From assembly GCA_021792255.1 (NCBI GenBank), contig JAJYUZ010000001.1, forward strand, positions 288,001 through 352,000: a stretch of 64,000 nucleotides of DNA. Reading direction: 5' to 3'. The position numbers and the translations under genes were made by a program. Below, piece after piece: positions 29,625 through 40,187 of this stretch (positions are counted from its first letter, which is position 1; each line of letters begins with the position of its first letter). Source of the stretch: Thermoplasmata archaeon (GTDB taxonomy: Archaea > Thermoplasmatota > Thermoplasmata > Thermoplasmatales > GCA-001856825). Below the pieces are notes generated by a model. That model searched no databases and was not told the origin of the DNA. It saw only the letters and a list, made by a program, of their open reading frames with translations.

Positions 29625-30230
29625 ATGTACGAGATGAATAGAAATATGGGGAAAAATCTGAGCGTAGAAGACGTCGTTCTCATTTACCTGAAGGAGAACC
29701 CCGAAATTTCTGTTGCGCTGGACCAGGGGATAATTAATGTCAGTCGGCTAGCCAAAACAATTACCAAGTCGAGGACAGGACTTAACCCGATTTCTGTTAG
29801 GGCAGCCTTGAACAGGGCAAAGGAAAGGGGAATAGGTCCGGGACAAAAGGAAAAAGCAGACAACTTACTGAGGCGCAGCAAGATATCACTTCAGGATAAG
29901 ATAAGCGTCCTGAAATCTTCTGGGCCGTTGCAATTAAAATACATTTCAGCAACATTCCTCGAGAACAGCGTGGTATACATCATTGATGAAATGATACAGA
30001 AACTTCCCCCTTCTTCCGATGGGGTTTTGGTAGATAGTCACGTGAGTATGGTTCACATACTTTCGCCCAAAGAGATTGAAGTGACGCCTGGATTCGTCAT
30101 GCGTATTACTCATAAGTTGTTTGCGCGTGGTATCAATATCCTTCAGCTTATTTCCTGCTATAATGAAACCATACTCATAATAGAAAAGGAGAAGGGGATT
30201 TCTGCGTATGAAATTCTGAGTACTGCGTGA
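29625..30230 (+). CDS. Putative transcriptional regulator, N-terminal HTH-like region plus C-terminal ACT domain
   Basis: LDQGIINVSRLAKTI...SVRAALNR; SPKEIEVTPGFVMRITHKLFARGINILQLISCYNETILII. Confidence 0.72.
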   Translation: MYEMNRNMGKNLSVEDVVLIYLKENPEISVALDQGIINVSRLAKTITKSRTGLNPISVRAALNRAKERGIGPGQKEKADNLLRRSKISLQDKISVLKSSGPLQLKYISATFLENSVVYIIDEMIQKLPPSSDGVLVDSHVSMVHILSPKEIEVTPGFVMRITHKLFARGINILQLISCYNETILIIEKEKGISAYEILSTA

Positions 30231-30498
30231 CTGTTCAATTGGTAAAGTTCAGAGCTAGATATCGAGGATTATGCATTGAAACATCAAAATTGAAATATTT
30301 ACCGATTTACGAGAATATTTAGGTTCACCAGTACAACTCTTCCTGCATTCCAGACTTCCTTCCCGTCCAAAATGAAGCAACAGCAAATTGTCGAAAATCT
30401 AAAACTAATATTCCAACCGGCGATTTACACACTGAATGAGGTGTCGTTTTTAGAAAAACGGAGGCAACAATTTTTAACTCTAGAACTCATCGCTAAAG

Positions 30499-31080
30499 GT
30501 GTCGCCTCGACTTATCATTCTACAAGGTGGCGAAGATGTCAAGAGGAGAACGAATAGCGCAATGTTCGAGAAGATCGTTCGAATCTCAGAGAACGGGACG
30601 ATACTCGTAGTACCCTGGACATCCAATTCAATGACCAAGGAAACTGAATATAGGGCCTTGTTAGGGAAATATTTTATTGACGTTGGATTCGAAGACGTTG
30701 TTTTCCTAGAAAGAAATGATTCGGAATCGGAAATTTCATCCAAATTCGCGAGAGCAGGGGCATTGTATCTCCCGGGAGGAGATCCCGTGATTCTAAAAGA
30801 GGAGATGCAATTGAAGGGCATTCATGAAAAGATACGTGATTATTCTGGAATAGTCATTGGAAATTCGGCTGGAGCAATTGTGCTATCGAATGGAGCATAT
30901 GTTGCTGGGAAGTTCTTGAAAGGGTTCGGTTTCGTGGAAAAGACGATTAAAGTACATTTCGAATTAGAGAGACAAGATCGTGTACCGAATGTTGAGGGTC
31001 CAGTGGTAGGAATCCCTGAGAATATGTGGATATCGATTTCAACGAGCCTCCAAACAGAGGTAGGAGAAAGAAAGGCGTAG
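30499..31080 (+). CDS. Peptidase S51 (dipeptidase E-like, class I GATase fold)
   Basis: YLPGGDP, nucleophile GNSAGA, GFGFV...VHF. Confidence 0.85.
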   Translation: MSPRLIILQGGEDVKRRTNSAMFEKIVRISENGTILVVPWTSNSMTKETEYRALLGKYFIDVGFEDVVFLERNDSESEISSKFARAGALYLPGGDPVILKEEMQLKGIHEKIRDYSGIVIGNSAGAIVLSNGAYVAGKFLKGFGFVEKTIKVHFELERQDRVPNVEGPVVGIPENMWISISTSLQTEVGERKA

Positions 31081-31316
31081 AGAGATTCTTAGAGAGACAA
31101 CCACTGATGTCGTCTTATAGAATAGAGAATGCAACTCCCGGCGCGAGGATTTGGATTCACAAGAAGTTTGATGTGTGAAAAAGCCTCAGTAGGAATGGTT
31201 CGATCTAATATGCTTCTAAGAATTCGAGTCTCTTTCTTGCATATCAATGAAACTCCTGGTACTATTAACTATCCTAAAGGAACGATTTTTATACCGTGAT
31301 TTGCTTTATACTTATT

Positions 31317-31751
31317 ATGCTCGATAGCGATGCATCCACTGCGAAGACACTTACATTAGTCGCCATAATATTACAAACCATCTTCTTTGCAATAGGAGCA
31401 TTTGCCACATTGATCTTATCATTATTTTTCGCTGCGTCAAGAACAATTACATATAATGGAACCGTCACTAGGACTGTCGTCAGCACGGGCGGCGTTACAA
31501 TTGTGGGATTGATTTTCTCAATATTTTTCGTAATAGCAATAGTATGGATCCTCCTCGATTATTTCTTGATCTATAAGAAACTCGCAGACGGAAAAGTGCA
31601 AGAGGCAGAAACACCGTCACTGGTGCTGGGCTTGATTCAGTTAATACTAGGGGGAGTCATTACCGGGATTTTGCTGATACTTGCTTATGTGAAGATCAGA
31701 GATTCCTTACAGAAGAACCCGCCCCAGACAATCAATATGCCCCAGCAATGA
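31317..31751 (+). CDS. Small hypothetical membrane protein (3-4 TM)
   Basis: Hydrophobic segments; LVLGLIQLILGGVITGILLILAY; TTTTTATA about 24 nt upstream of ATG 31317. Confidence 0.75.
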   Translation: MLDSDASTAKTLTLVAIILQTIFFAIGAFATLILSLFFAASRTITYNGTVTRTVVSTGGVTIVGLIFSIFFVIAIVWILLDYFLIYKKLADGKVQEAETPSLVLGLIQLILGGVITGILLILAYVKIRDSLQKNPPQTINMPQQ

Positions 31752-31842
31752 TGCCGGAAACTGATACAATGCAAACGCGAATTTCTTTTTAGCGCAAGCG
31801 ATGATAGTTACTCCATATTAGAAACAATAGAAATTAACTGAA

Positions 31843-32955
31843 TTATTTTACTTCATTCTCGTACATTTCAGAGATAAGATCTGAGATGGCGGGAGATGCC
31901 GTCAAGCCTGGCGATTCTATTCCAATAAGATTTATGAGTCCTGGCAGTCCATTCCCTTCCTCATTCATTATCACGAAATCCTTGAATGAATCGTTCGGTC
32001 CTTGAATCTTGGGTCTTATCCCAGAAGAATCTTCGTTTATCTGGGCGTTATCAATAGAAGGTAGATAGCCCCTTACGTCCTTACGGAACTCTTCTTCCCT
32101 GGTCTCAACCCTGTAATCTATTTTGTCGACGTAATACGAGTTTGGTCCCATTTTGATCGAGCCAGAAATGTCTGGAGTAAGGTGTATTCCGAGTCCCGCC
32201 CCTGCAGGAACTGGATACACTAAACGCCTTACCAGAGGAGTGCCGGTTATTCTAAAGTAGTCGCCTTTGCAATAATGGAGGCGGTATCCAAGTCTGTCCA
32301 CGTCCAGTCCCGCCATCTCTGCAACTCTATCAGCGTATAAGCCCGCAGAATTAATGACAGTATTCGCCACGATTACGAATTCGTCGTTTGAGCTCCTCGC
32401 AGTAATCTCATATCCTGAATTTCCTTTCCTTATCGACTTGACAACAGTATTTGTCGAAATAATTGCGCCGTTTATGCCGATCTTAGCTTGATAGTAATTC
32501 ATGAGTTCATCGGGTTCTACTATGCCGGAAGAAGGAGAATATAAGGCCCGGTCTGCTGCGACATTCGGTTCCATCTTTTTGATCTGATCACTGTCAAGGA
32601 GCTCCAAGTCCAGTATCCCATTTTCTTCCCCCTGCCTCTTGAGTTTTTCTATCTCCTTTATCTCTCTTTCTCCTCTCGCTACCGTCAGCTTACCCAGTCT
32701 CTTGTAAGGAATTCTATTCCTCCCACAAAGGTCGTACATTTTCCTATTTCCTTTGACGCACAGTTCTGCCTTCAGGGAATCCCTGGGATAGTGAATTCCG
32801 GAATGGATGACGCCGCTATTGTGGCTACTCACTTCCTGGCCAACTCTCTTGTTCTTTTCAAATATGAAAACGTCTTTGTTAAGCTCGGAAAGTTTGGCAG
32901 CGATTGCGAGCCCTACCACGCCCCCTCCGATTATCACTATATTTGCTCTTTCCAT
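31843..32955 (-). CDS. FAD-dependent oxidoreductase, L-2-hydroxyglutarate oxidase (LhgO) family
   Basis: IIGGGVVG, SSHNSGVIHSGIHY, NSAGLYAD, KGDYF, LGIHLT, GIRPK, GIESPGLTASPA. Confidence 0.9.
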   Translation of the reverse strand: MERANIVIIGGGVVGLAIAAKLSELNKDVFIFEKNKRVGQEVSSHNSGVIHSGIHYPRDSLKAELCVKGNRKMYDLCGRNRIPYKRLGKLTVARGEREIKEIEKLKRQGEENGILDLELLDSDQIKKMEPNVAADRALYSPSSGIVEPDELMNYYQAKIGINGAIISTNTVVKSIRKGNSGYEITARSSNDEFVIVANTVINSAGLYADRVAEMAGLDVDRLGYRLHYCKGDYFRITGTPLVRRLVYPVPAGAGLGIHLTPDISGSIKMGPNSYYVDKIDYRVETREEEFRKDVRGYLPSIDNAQINEDSSGIRPKIQGPNDSFKDFVIMNEEGNGLPGLINLIGIESPGLTASPAISDLISEMYENEVK

Positions 32956-33070
32956 GGATTACAGGAATGAAATCTGTTTTAATGGAAGTTCTTTTTGGTG
33001 TTTTCGACCTGACTGCTAACATATCGCTATAAATGTCAGATCGGAGGACTTAGTACGAATGACCCTTAAC

Positions 33071-34870
33071 TCATTCTGCCTTGCCCGAAAATGTATTTAA
33101 GCTTCTCCTGTAGAGCTCCGTGAAAATACCCTCCTCCTTTGATAGATAGTCTAGGGTACCCTCCTGGACAACCATGCCTTTTTCCAAAACGATAATCCTG
33201 TCTGCAAGAGTGATGAGAGAGAATCTGTGGGAGATTAGAATCAGGGTCCCGTTCTTAGTATAATTTCTCATTGCAGTGATTATGCTCTTTTCAGACTTCG
33301 AATCTATCTGGGCGGTAGCCTCGTCCATGATTATGATATCGGGATTTCGGACAAACGCCCTCATTATTGAGACTGCCTGTCTCTGTCCCTCAGAAAGATT
33401 CCTGCCCATTTCTCCTACAGGAGAGTCTAAACCCTTTGGAAGCGAGTGGAAGATTTCATTCATTCCGTATCTTTTGATGAGCGACAGAACCTCCTCTCTT
33501 GTAATTCCTCTCTTAGAGTATTCGATGTTCTCAAAGATCGAACCATTGAATAGGAAGGGCTCCTGTAGAACGGGGATTATGAGCTTTCTGTACTCTCTCG
33601 TCTCGACACTCCAGAGATTTTTCATGTCTATCGTTATTTCCCCTTCCTCTGGGGATTTAAACTTCAATATGACGTTCGTGAGGGTCGTCTTGCCAGCTCC
33701 GGTCCTTCCAACTATCGCAACGCACTCACCTTTCTTTATTTCGATCGAGATGTTTGACAATGCAACACTGCTTTCGTAGGTCGCCTTAATCTTGTCCGTA
33801 ATTATGGAATCCGAGAATGCCGGGATCGGATCTTTCCCGAAATCACTATCAGGGTTGCTATCTATGATGCTGTAAATTCTCGAAGCTCCTACGACAGAAT
33901 TCTGGTAAGTATTGTAGAGTTGTGATAGCTGTACGATAGGATTGAAAAACTGCTGAACGTACGCAATGAATGCAACGACGATTCCTAGACTGATCTGACC
34001 ATTTAGCAGAGAAATCGATCCCTCGTAGATTACGAGGACCATTCCCACTGCCTCTATTACCCTTATAATCGAACTATAAAATGATGACAACCGAGTAGCG
34101 ACCATGTTTGCTCTGAAATTATCGGAATTGAGTGATTCGAATTTGCTCTCCGTGTGTGACTCGATATTGAATGCTTTTACGGTCCTGATCGCTGCAATCG
34201 TTTCTGCCAGATTCCCGGTTATGGCTGCTATCGCCCTCCTCGTCCTGAGATAATTTGATCTAACTCTCGTTTGCAATGTGATCGTAAAAATTCCAAGTAT
34301 GGGCATGACGATAAGACTGTAGAGGGCAAGTCTCGTATCAAGATGAAACATTATTCCTGCAGCAATGATTATGGTCGTGACCCCTGAAATCACTTGAGGA
34401 AGCTGGTAAGTGAGAAAGTCGGAAATTGACTCAGAATCGTTCGAAATTCTGCTTATCAGATACCCGACCTTAACCTTGCTGAAGAACTCGAGGGGAACTC
34501 TCTGCAATTTCTCGAATGACCTGTCCCTCATTCTCTTGATCACTCCCTGAGCGACCTTGGTTGAGCTGAGCGCCATCCACCTGTTGCTGAAAAACTGAAC
34601 GAAATATAGCAGGAAGAAGAGGGTCGCATACACCAGGAGTAAGTGTGCATTCCTAGACAGAATAGAATTTACGGCAAATCCTAGAGCTAGAGGATAAAGC
34701 ACCCCGGCGATAGCCGTGACCACTACCGAGATGACAAACTGCGCAGATTCCTTCTTCCAGTAAAAGATGTCCTTGACCATTCTGAGCATTGTTCTTTTCC
34801 CTTTCTCCGGTTTTAGGAACTTGTCCTCTAAAGCATCATATCCTGTCGACATACCGACCCTCCTCCCCAT
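33071..34870 (-). CDS. ABC exporter half-transporter (TMD+NBD), consensus Walker B subunit
   Basis: Six TM segments; GRTGAGKT, LSEGQRQ, IMDEATA, ISHR. Confidence 0.93.
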   Translation of the reverse strand: MGRRVGMSTGYDALEDKFLKPEKGKRTMLRMVKDIFYWKKESAQFVISVVVTAIAGVLYPLALGFAVNSILSRNAHLLLVYATLFFLLYFVQFFSNRWMALSSTKVAQGVIKRMRDRSFEKLQRVPLEFFSKVKVGYLISRISNDSESISDFLTYQLPQVISGVTTIIIAAGIMFHLDTRLALYSLIVMPILGIFTITLQTRVRSNYLRTRRAIAAITGNLAETIAAIRTVKAFNIESHTESKFESLNSDNFRANMVATRLSSFYSSIIRVIEAVGMVLVIYEGSISLLNGQISLGIVVAFIAYVQQFFNPIVQLSQLYNTYQNSVVGASRIYSIIDSNPDSDFGKDPIPAFSDSIITDKIKATYESSVALSNISIEIKKGECVAIVGRTGAGKTTLTNVILKFKSPEEGEITIDMKNLWSVETREYRKLIIPVLQEPFLFNGSIFENIEYSKRGITREEVLSLIKRYGMNEIFHSLPKGLDSPVGEMGRNLSEGQRQAVSIMRAFVRNPDIIIMDEATAQIDSKSEKSIITAMRNYTKNGTLILISHRFSLITLADRIIVLEKGMVVQEGTLDYLSKEEGIFTELYRRSLNTFSGKAE

Positions 34871-36563
34871 AAGTTTCTTCCTTGAGCTCCCCTTCTTCTA
34901 TCACAAGCACCTTGTTGGCAAATGATAATGCAGAGGCTCTAAGACTGATCATCAGAATTATCGTGTCCTTGAGCGATGCCTTCAGATTGTCAAATATGCT
35001 GATCTCTGTGTCAGGATCCACGCTGGACGTGGCATCATCGAGGATCAGTATCAAAGGATTCCTGAGAACTGCCCTAGCTATCGCAATCCGCTGTCTTTGC
35101 CCACCAGAAAGAGTGATTCCCCTCTCGCCTATGACCGTATCATATTTCAGAGGAAGGGACTCTATAAATTCCGAGATCGATGCAAGTGCGGATGCTCTCT
35201 TTACCTCGGCGTCGGAGGCCTGAATTCCAAACAGAATGTTTTCCTTGATGGTACCGGACAACAGAATTATCTCTTGTGGTACTATTGATATTCTGCTCCT
35301 AAGCAGACTAATAGGAATGTCCTTGATGTTTCTCGATCCTATAGAAATGACTCCGGAGTCAGAATCATAATATCTAGTTATCAAGTTTACCATCGAGGTC
35401 TTGCCTGCACCCGTCTTTCCCGTAATTCCAATGAACTCTCCCGGAAGGGCTCTGAAGGTCACGTCTTTCAGAATAACGATATCACCTCTGGTGAACCTTA
35501 CGTGATCGAAACCTAGCATACCCGGGAGAAGACTTTCGCCGGAGCTAGCAACATCCTCCTCTCCGCCGGAAGCTGTTATCTCCTGTATCCTTCCGATTGC
35601 TGCCCTGGAATTTTCAGAAAACACTATCATTCTGCCTAGGAATGATACCGGGCTCGTCAGCATGGCGAATATTGTCACCGCCGCCACCAGACCACCAACA
35701 CTAGTCCTGTTGACCAGATCTAAATACCCTCCAAAACCGATAACAGAGCTAGATACCACGGCAACCGCCAAAGGCATGAGATTGTTGAAGGTGTTCCTCG
35801 ATTTTACTACCCTATAGTTTTCATCGTAGTACTCCTTGGTCATTGCAGAGTACTTATCCACTTCCTGGTTCTCGGCTGCCAAGCCTCTTACGACCCTTTG
35901 ACCGACTACGTTCTCTTGAAGGGTCTCTCCAAGCTTTCCGTAAGTCGTCCTTATCTCCTTCCATATTGGTCTCTGTCTCCTAGACGAAAGCATGCCCAGG
36001 ATGATCAAGACCGGAACTATCAGAGCGAGAAGGAGGGAGAACAAGGGAGATACAAGAAAGAGAAGAACGAAAGCTTCGATGATTAGGAATATTGTAGGAA
36101 ACAAGTTTGTGAACATGGATAGATTGAAATTCCGTGTTGCCTCGATGTCCATGGTCCCTCTCGAAAGCAAGTCTCCGGAAGTTTGTGTTTCAAAGAACAA
36201 AAACCGCTTCCTTACAAGATGGGCGACGAGATCCTTTCTCAGATTGAACGCGAACGTCTGGCTTATGTACTGCCCCCCATAGTTGACTATGAAACTCACC
36301 ATGCCCGAAATGGAGTAGGCTATGACGATCAGAATGCTTATGTGAAGTATTGATGAATAATCTCCAGCTTCGAGTGCTGAAACAGCATCTCCTATGTAGA
36401 TTGGGACGAGAAGGAGAGTAAAATTTGAGACCATTCCAGCTACTATGACCAACGTGAAAATTCCCCGCCTGTTCTTCAGATAGGGTCTGGCAAAAAGTAC
36501 TGGTTCGAACACTTTCAAGAATGATCCTAATCTCACCTTTAGTTGCACTCGGTCAACAGACAT
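34836..36563 (-). CDS. ABC exporter half-transporter (TMD+NBD), degenerate-site subunit
   Basis: GKTGAGKT, LSGGQRQR, Walker B ILDDATS (E to D), switch ISLR (H to L). Confidence 0.93.
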   Translation of the reverse strand: MSVDRVQLKVRLGSFLKVFEPVLFARPYLKNRRGIFTLVIVAGMVSNFTLLLVPIYIGDAVSALEAGDYSSILHISILIVIAYSISGMVSFIVNYGGQYISQTFAFNLRKDLVAHLVRKRFLFFETQTSGDLLSRGTMDIEATRNFNLSMFTNLFPTIFLIIEAFVLLFLVSPLFSLLLALIVPVLIILGMLSSRRQRPIWKEIRTTYGKLGETLQENVVGQRVVRGLAAENQEVDKYSAMTKEYYDENYRVVKSRNTFNNLMPLAVAVVSSSVIGFGGYLDLVNRTSVGGLVAAVTIFAMLTSPVSFLGRMIVFSENSRAAIGRIQEITASGGEEDVASSGESLLPGMLGFDHVRFTRGDIVILKDVTFRALPGEFIGITGKTGAGKTSMVNLITRYYDSDSGVISIGSRNIKDIPISLLRSRISIVPQEIILLSGTIKENILFGIQASDAEVKRASALASISEFIESLPLKYDTVIGERGITLSGGQRQRIAIARAVLRNPLILILDDATSSVDPDTEISIFDNLKASLKDTIILMISLRASALSFANKVLVIEEGELKEETYGEEGRYVDRI

Positions 36564-36785
36564 TGTTTGGTTTTTCTCCCTGACTTATGATTTCCGAGAT
36601 GATGGCTGTAGATATTATTTTTTGGATTAGGGCAATAAATTTTCTATTGAATTTTTGGGAGTTTTGAATCTGTAATTGGCATCGATCCTAGAGAGCGGTG
36701 AAAGAAATTCTAGACTATCTCTTCATTTTTACATTCACCTTTTTGCTACGCTAATGATTAAATAGAGTGTCCGTCATGTCAAAAC

Positions 36786-39263
36786 ATGACGCGGAAATTA
36801 CTCGTCTTTTTGGTGCTTGTGATTTCAGTCGTAATGCTCGTGCCTGGCATTTCGATGCTCCAAAATTCTCACGCACCTACGGCCATAAAAACGCCTTCTA
36901 TCACGTCGGTCAGTCCCGCCGGTCTCGGAACAAACATCGTAAGCAGCCCACCAACCACGTATAAGCACTATTTCCCACCGAACTTCAATGCAAGGACTAA
37001 GGAAGTTAATGGTGTTGTGACGCCTCTGTACTCGACAAGCCCTGCTCCAATGGGAGTTGGTTCATGGGGAATCACCAACAATTCTGGTGCGATTACTGGA
37101 TATGTTCTCAACACATCAAGTTTTGAGGGGACTGCGGTTCTAAACAATCTTACGACGGTAGACTTGACGAACGACGGACCTGATCAGTACACGATGCAGC
37201 TCAATACGATATTAAGAAACGTTACGCTCTTTGGGAATTCGAGCTTCGTCTTCTGGAATCAGAATGTAGTTCTCTACACGGCACACAATCACACTCTGAC
37301 TTTCGAAGACAATATTTGGAATTTCACTAGCTCTTCTTTCCTTATGAATAATAACACCTTTTACAGCTATGATGGCAACCTTATTGCTCCATACTATTAC
37401 TACGCAGTCGGACCCTCCCTGTCAGTGAGTTACCCATTCACCGTTCACCTTTTCCTCAATTCTACCATGATAAACAACAGAGATGCAGTTTTCTTCAATT
37501 ACTCAGTAATTTCTTCTAACGGGACATACACAGGTTCCTATGACAGAGTCATTTTCAACAGCACCTACGGAATGCCTTCGACTTTCAGTACTCCTACTGC
37601 ATACTACCAGATAAACGGATTCCAAGTCACCCCTAACGGGTTTTTGCCATATGACGCAGAACTCATGATAGGAGGACCTGGAGGAGGAAGTACGACAAAC
37701 GTATTCTCCATAAACGGTACTATGACCTTATCATACCTTCCATCCGGATCAACGACCAGCCAGTACATTTCTGTGCCTTCCGCATATGACTTTGGAACGG
37801 ACACTGGTGAGACAGCATCCGGCATTGCAGAATGGTGGACTGGAAATACCGTTCACTTAGGTACGGGACCTTCCTTACTCTATCCAATGTGGAATATATC
37901 TTCGAATTCGGGGTACCAGACCTTGTCCGGTACTGTGACTCCGTCCAATTCGTTTATCTTCATGAGCAATGGGACGTTCAGTGATCCTTATGCAGCTTGG
38001 GCTCCGGTCAACAATGATGGATCGTTCAATTATCAGCTTGCTCCTGGAATTTACTCTGGAAGGGTTCTGATGAGCGACTATGTTCCTCAGAATTTCTCAT
38101 TCACTTCATCCGCATCCGTGAGCATATCTCTTGTGAAGAACACTGCAAAGGGCATCTACACACCTCTGGTCGCTATGAACAACCAGCAACTCCAGTATAT
38201 CTCTTCGAGCGGAAATGGTACCCAGGGCAACCCTTACGTGATTGAAAACAACCAGTACTTTGCCATAGATCCTCTGTTCTGGGAATGGAATGACTATCTC
38301 TTCCCTGTGTTCTCCGGTATATTGCTTGTGGACACCAGCGCATATGTGCTGATATCGCATGCAGCGCCATTCCTGATATACTATCCATCCTTCACGTACC
38401 CGGTTTTGGACTATTACGGCCTTCCAACCTATAACTTCATGCCAACGGAACTCTACGGCACTTCGCACGTTTCTATAATGAACAGTCAGTATACGGGATG
38501 GTTCCCTTCGGCTTTCCAGTCAACCTACGGTTATCCGGTGATAGGAAATGTAATCACTTGGAATGCCTCTTCTACTCTGATAGCAAACAATGACTTCCTC
38601 GATATGGGCGCCTCAGTTACTGTATATGGAGGATCAGGCAACCTGATCTGGGGGAACTATTTTGAGCAGAGTGAGCCGATCGCACCAGCTGGTTTACTTG
38701 CGTTCGGACCCGATCCGATTGGACTGACAATATATTCTTCGGACAACACGATATTCAACAACAATTTCTACGTTCTTATCACGACCTTGTCTCCTGCGTA
38801 CAACATATACAACGGAGCAACAACGCTCTATAACAACACCTGGAATGTCACGGCTGAGCCTTCTACAACCGCCACAGCGTTCAACGGTCAGTCTCTATCA
38901 GGCAGCGTAGTGGACAATGGTTACGTCTCTGGAAACGTCTACTGGGATGAAATCCCAGGACAGCCTTACAACGATTCTGGATTCGTCGCCAGCGGCTATG
39001 ATTATTCACCGGTCGTTCCGAATGTGTACAACGTCACAGTAACGTTAAACAACCTCAAACCCGGAATGACGGCAAACGTATATCTCGTCCAGGATAGTCA
39101 GTACCAATATCTTTTCGAGAACTCGGGTACCTCCACTGTGACAGTTCCGACTTTCAACGGAACTTACTTCATTGTAGTCGTTGCCCAGGGACAGTTCTAC
39201 TTCGATTACAAACAGACAGTAACAGTCAACGGAAACTCAGTAGCAGTCACAATAAACCTTTGA
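36786..39263 (+). CDS. Thermopsin (peptidase A5) family secreted acid protease with beta-helix-like C-terminal region
   Basis: PAPMGVGSWG, MQLNTIL, FWNQNV, DNIWNFT, DAELMIGGPGGG, PSAYDFGTDTGET; SGNGTQGNPYVI. Confidence 0.93.
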   Translation: MTRKLLVFLVLVISVVMLVPGISMLQNSHAPTAIKTPSITSVSPAGLGTNIVSSPPTTYKHYFPPNFNARTKEVNGVVTPLYSTSPAPMGVGSWGITNNSGAITGYVLNTSSFEGTAVLNNLTTVDLTNDGPDQYTMQLNTILRNVTLFGNSSFVFWNQNVVLYTAHNHTLTFEDNIWNFTSSSFLMNNNTFYSYDGNLIAPYYYYAVGPSLSVSYPFTVHLFLNSTMINNRDAVFFNYSVISSNGTYTGSYDRVIFNSTYGMPSTFSTPTAYYQINGFQVTPNGFLPYDAELMIGGPGGGSTTNVFSINGTMTLSYLPSGSTTSQYISVPSAYDFGTDTGETASGIAEWWTGNTVHLGTGPSLLYPMWNISSNSGYQTLSGTVTPSNSFIFMSNGTFSDPYAAWAPVNNDGSFNYQLAPGIYSGRVLMSDYVPQNFSFTSSASVSISLVKNTAKGIYTPLVAMNNQQLQYISSSGNGTQGNPYVIENNQYFAIDPLFWEWNDYLFPVFSGILLVDTSAYVLISHAAPFLIYYPSFTYPVLDYYGLPTYNFMPTELYGTSHVSIMNSQYTGWFPSAFQSTYGYPVIGNVITWNASSTLIANNDFLDMGASVTVYGGSGNLIWGNYFEQSEPIAPAGLLAFGPDPIGLTIYSSDNTIFNNNFYVLITTLSPAYNIYNGATTLYNNTWNVTAEPSTTATAFNGQSLSGSVVDNGYVSGNVYWDEIPGQPYNDSGFVASGYDYSPVVPNVYNVTVTLNNLKPGMTANVYLVQDSQYQYLFENSGTSTVTVPTFNGTYFIVVVAQGQFYFDYKQTVTVNGNSVAVTINL

Positions 39264-39266
39264 TCA

Positions 39267-39299
39267 CTTTTCTTTCTCCTTTTTTTTCTTTTTCTTTTT
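39267..39299 (+). terminator. Oligo-T terminator after thermopsin
   Basis: Long T-rich pyrimidine run directly after the TGA. Confidence 0.6.
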
Positions 39300-39330
39300 A
39301 AAACCAAGATTATTTATGCCATTTTTATGA

Positions 39331-40098
39331 TTGATATCCCGTATGGATTATGGTTACACCAGCATCATAGGCAAGACCAGGGAAAAAGATGAAGACTCGT
39401 TATTGATCCTCTCGGCACTGTCTTCGTCGAATCAGACTAGCGAGGAGAGGATCCTGGCAGTGGTTGCTGATGGCATGGGTGGAGGGGAATCGGGAGAGAT
39501 CGCTAGCAAGATAGCAGTGGATGCATTCAAGAGCTCCCTTGGTCCTCTAATTCTCAGAGACAAATATCGGAGCATGGAGATTAGGGATATGATGAAGGAA
39601 AGCTTTGTTAGGGCAAATTCCGATATATTGCAGTATGCGAGGGTACAAAACTTCTACTTGATGGGCACAACCGCGACAACCGTGTTCCTCTCTGGGGATC
39701 ACTTGGCTGTCGGAAACATAGGAGACTCTAGAACGTACATTTTTGACTCAAATGGACACACCAAATTCAGAACCAGAGATCACACTTATGTCCAAGGGCT
39801 TGTAGATTCAAAAGAGATTTCCGCGGAAGATGCGCGAAGTGATCCCCGCAGAAACGAACTCACTAGGGCGCTGGGAATAGAAGCAGTTGCTTCACCCGAT
39901 TACTACAGAATAAAAATTAGAAGCGGGGACTCTATCCTGCTCTGCTGTGATGGATTATGGGAAGCTTACAGCGATGAGGAAATCGGAATGTCTGTCGCTT
40001 CTCAAGCTCCCGCTCAAGAAATTGCGAATAGCCTTACGGCATCTGCGAACGAGAAAGACGGGAGTGACAACATCTCCATGATACTTATCAGAACATAG
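39331..40098 (+). CDS. PP2C/PPM-family Ser/Thr protein phosphatase
   Basis: REKDED, VADGMGG, MGTT, NIGDSRTY, TRDHT, LTRALG, LLCCDGLW, DNIS. Start may be ATG 39343. Confidence 0.93.
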   Translation: MISRMDYGYTSIIGKTREKDEDSLLILSALSSSNQTSEERILAVVADGMGGGESGEIASKIAVDAFKSSLGPLILRDKYRSMEIRDMMKESFVRANSDILQYARVQNFYLMGTTATTVFLSGDHLAVGNIGDSRTYIFDSNGHTKFRTRDHTYVQGLVDSKEISAEDARSDPRRNELTRALGIEAVASPDYYRIKIRSGDSILLCCDGLWEAYSDEEIGMSVASQAPAQEIANSLTASANEKDGSDNISMILIRT

Positions 40099-40187
40099 CC
40101 AATCAAACGTGGAGCGCTGTAAATATGCTCTAATTTTTTTAATATATGTAAGAAAGATTTATTAGACTTAACTTCTATCGGTCTATA

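Noticed and set aside
30372-30557. 61-aa ORF upstream of the S51 gene
   Set aside because: It is short, overlaps the S51 promoter and start, and has no motif support.
28299-31080. argGH plus S51 peptidase read as a cyanophycin system
   Set aside because: No cyanophycin synthetase is in the window, and the short S51 protein looks more like dipeptidase E.
31134-31160. Reverse complement resembles a tRNA 3' end (possible att site)
   Set aside because: It does not match the tRNA-Gln at 25371-25443, the T-stem does not pair, and no integrase is nearby.
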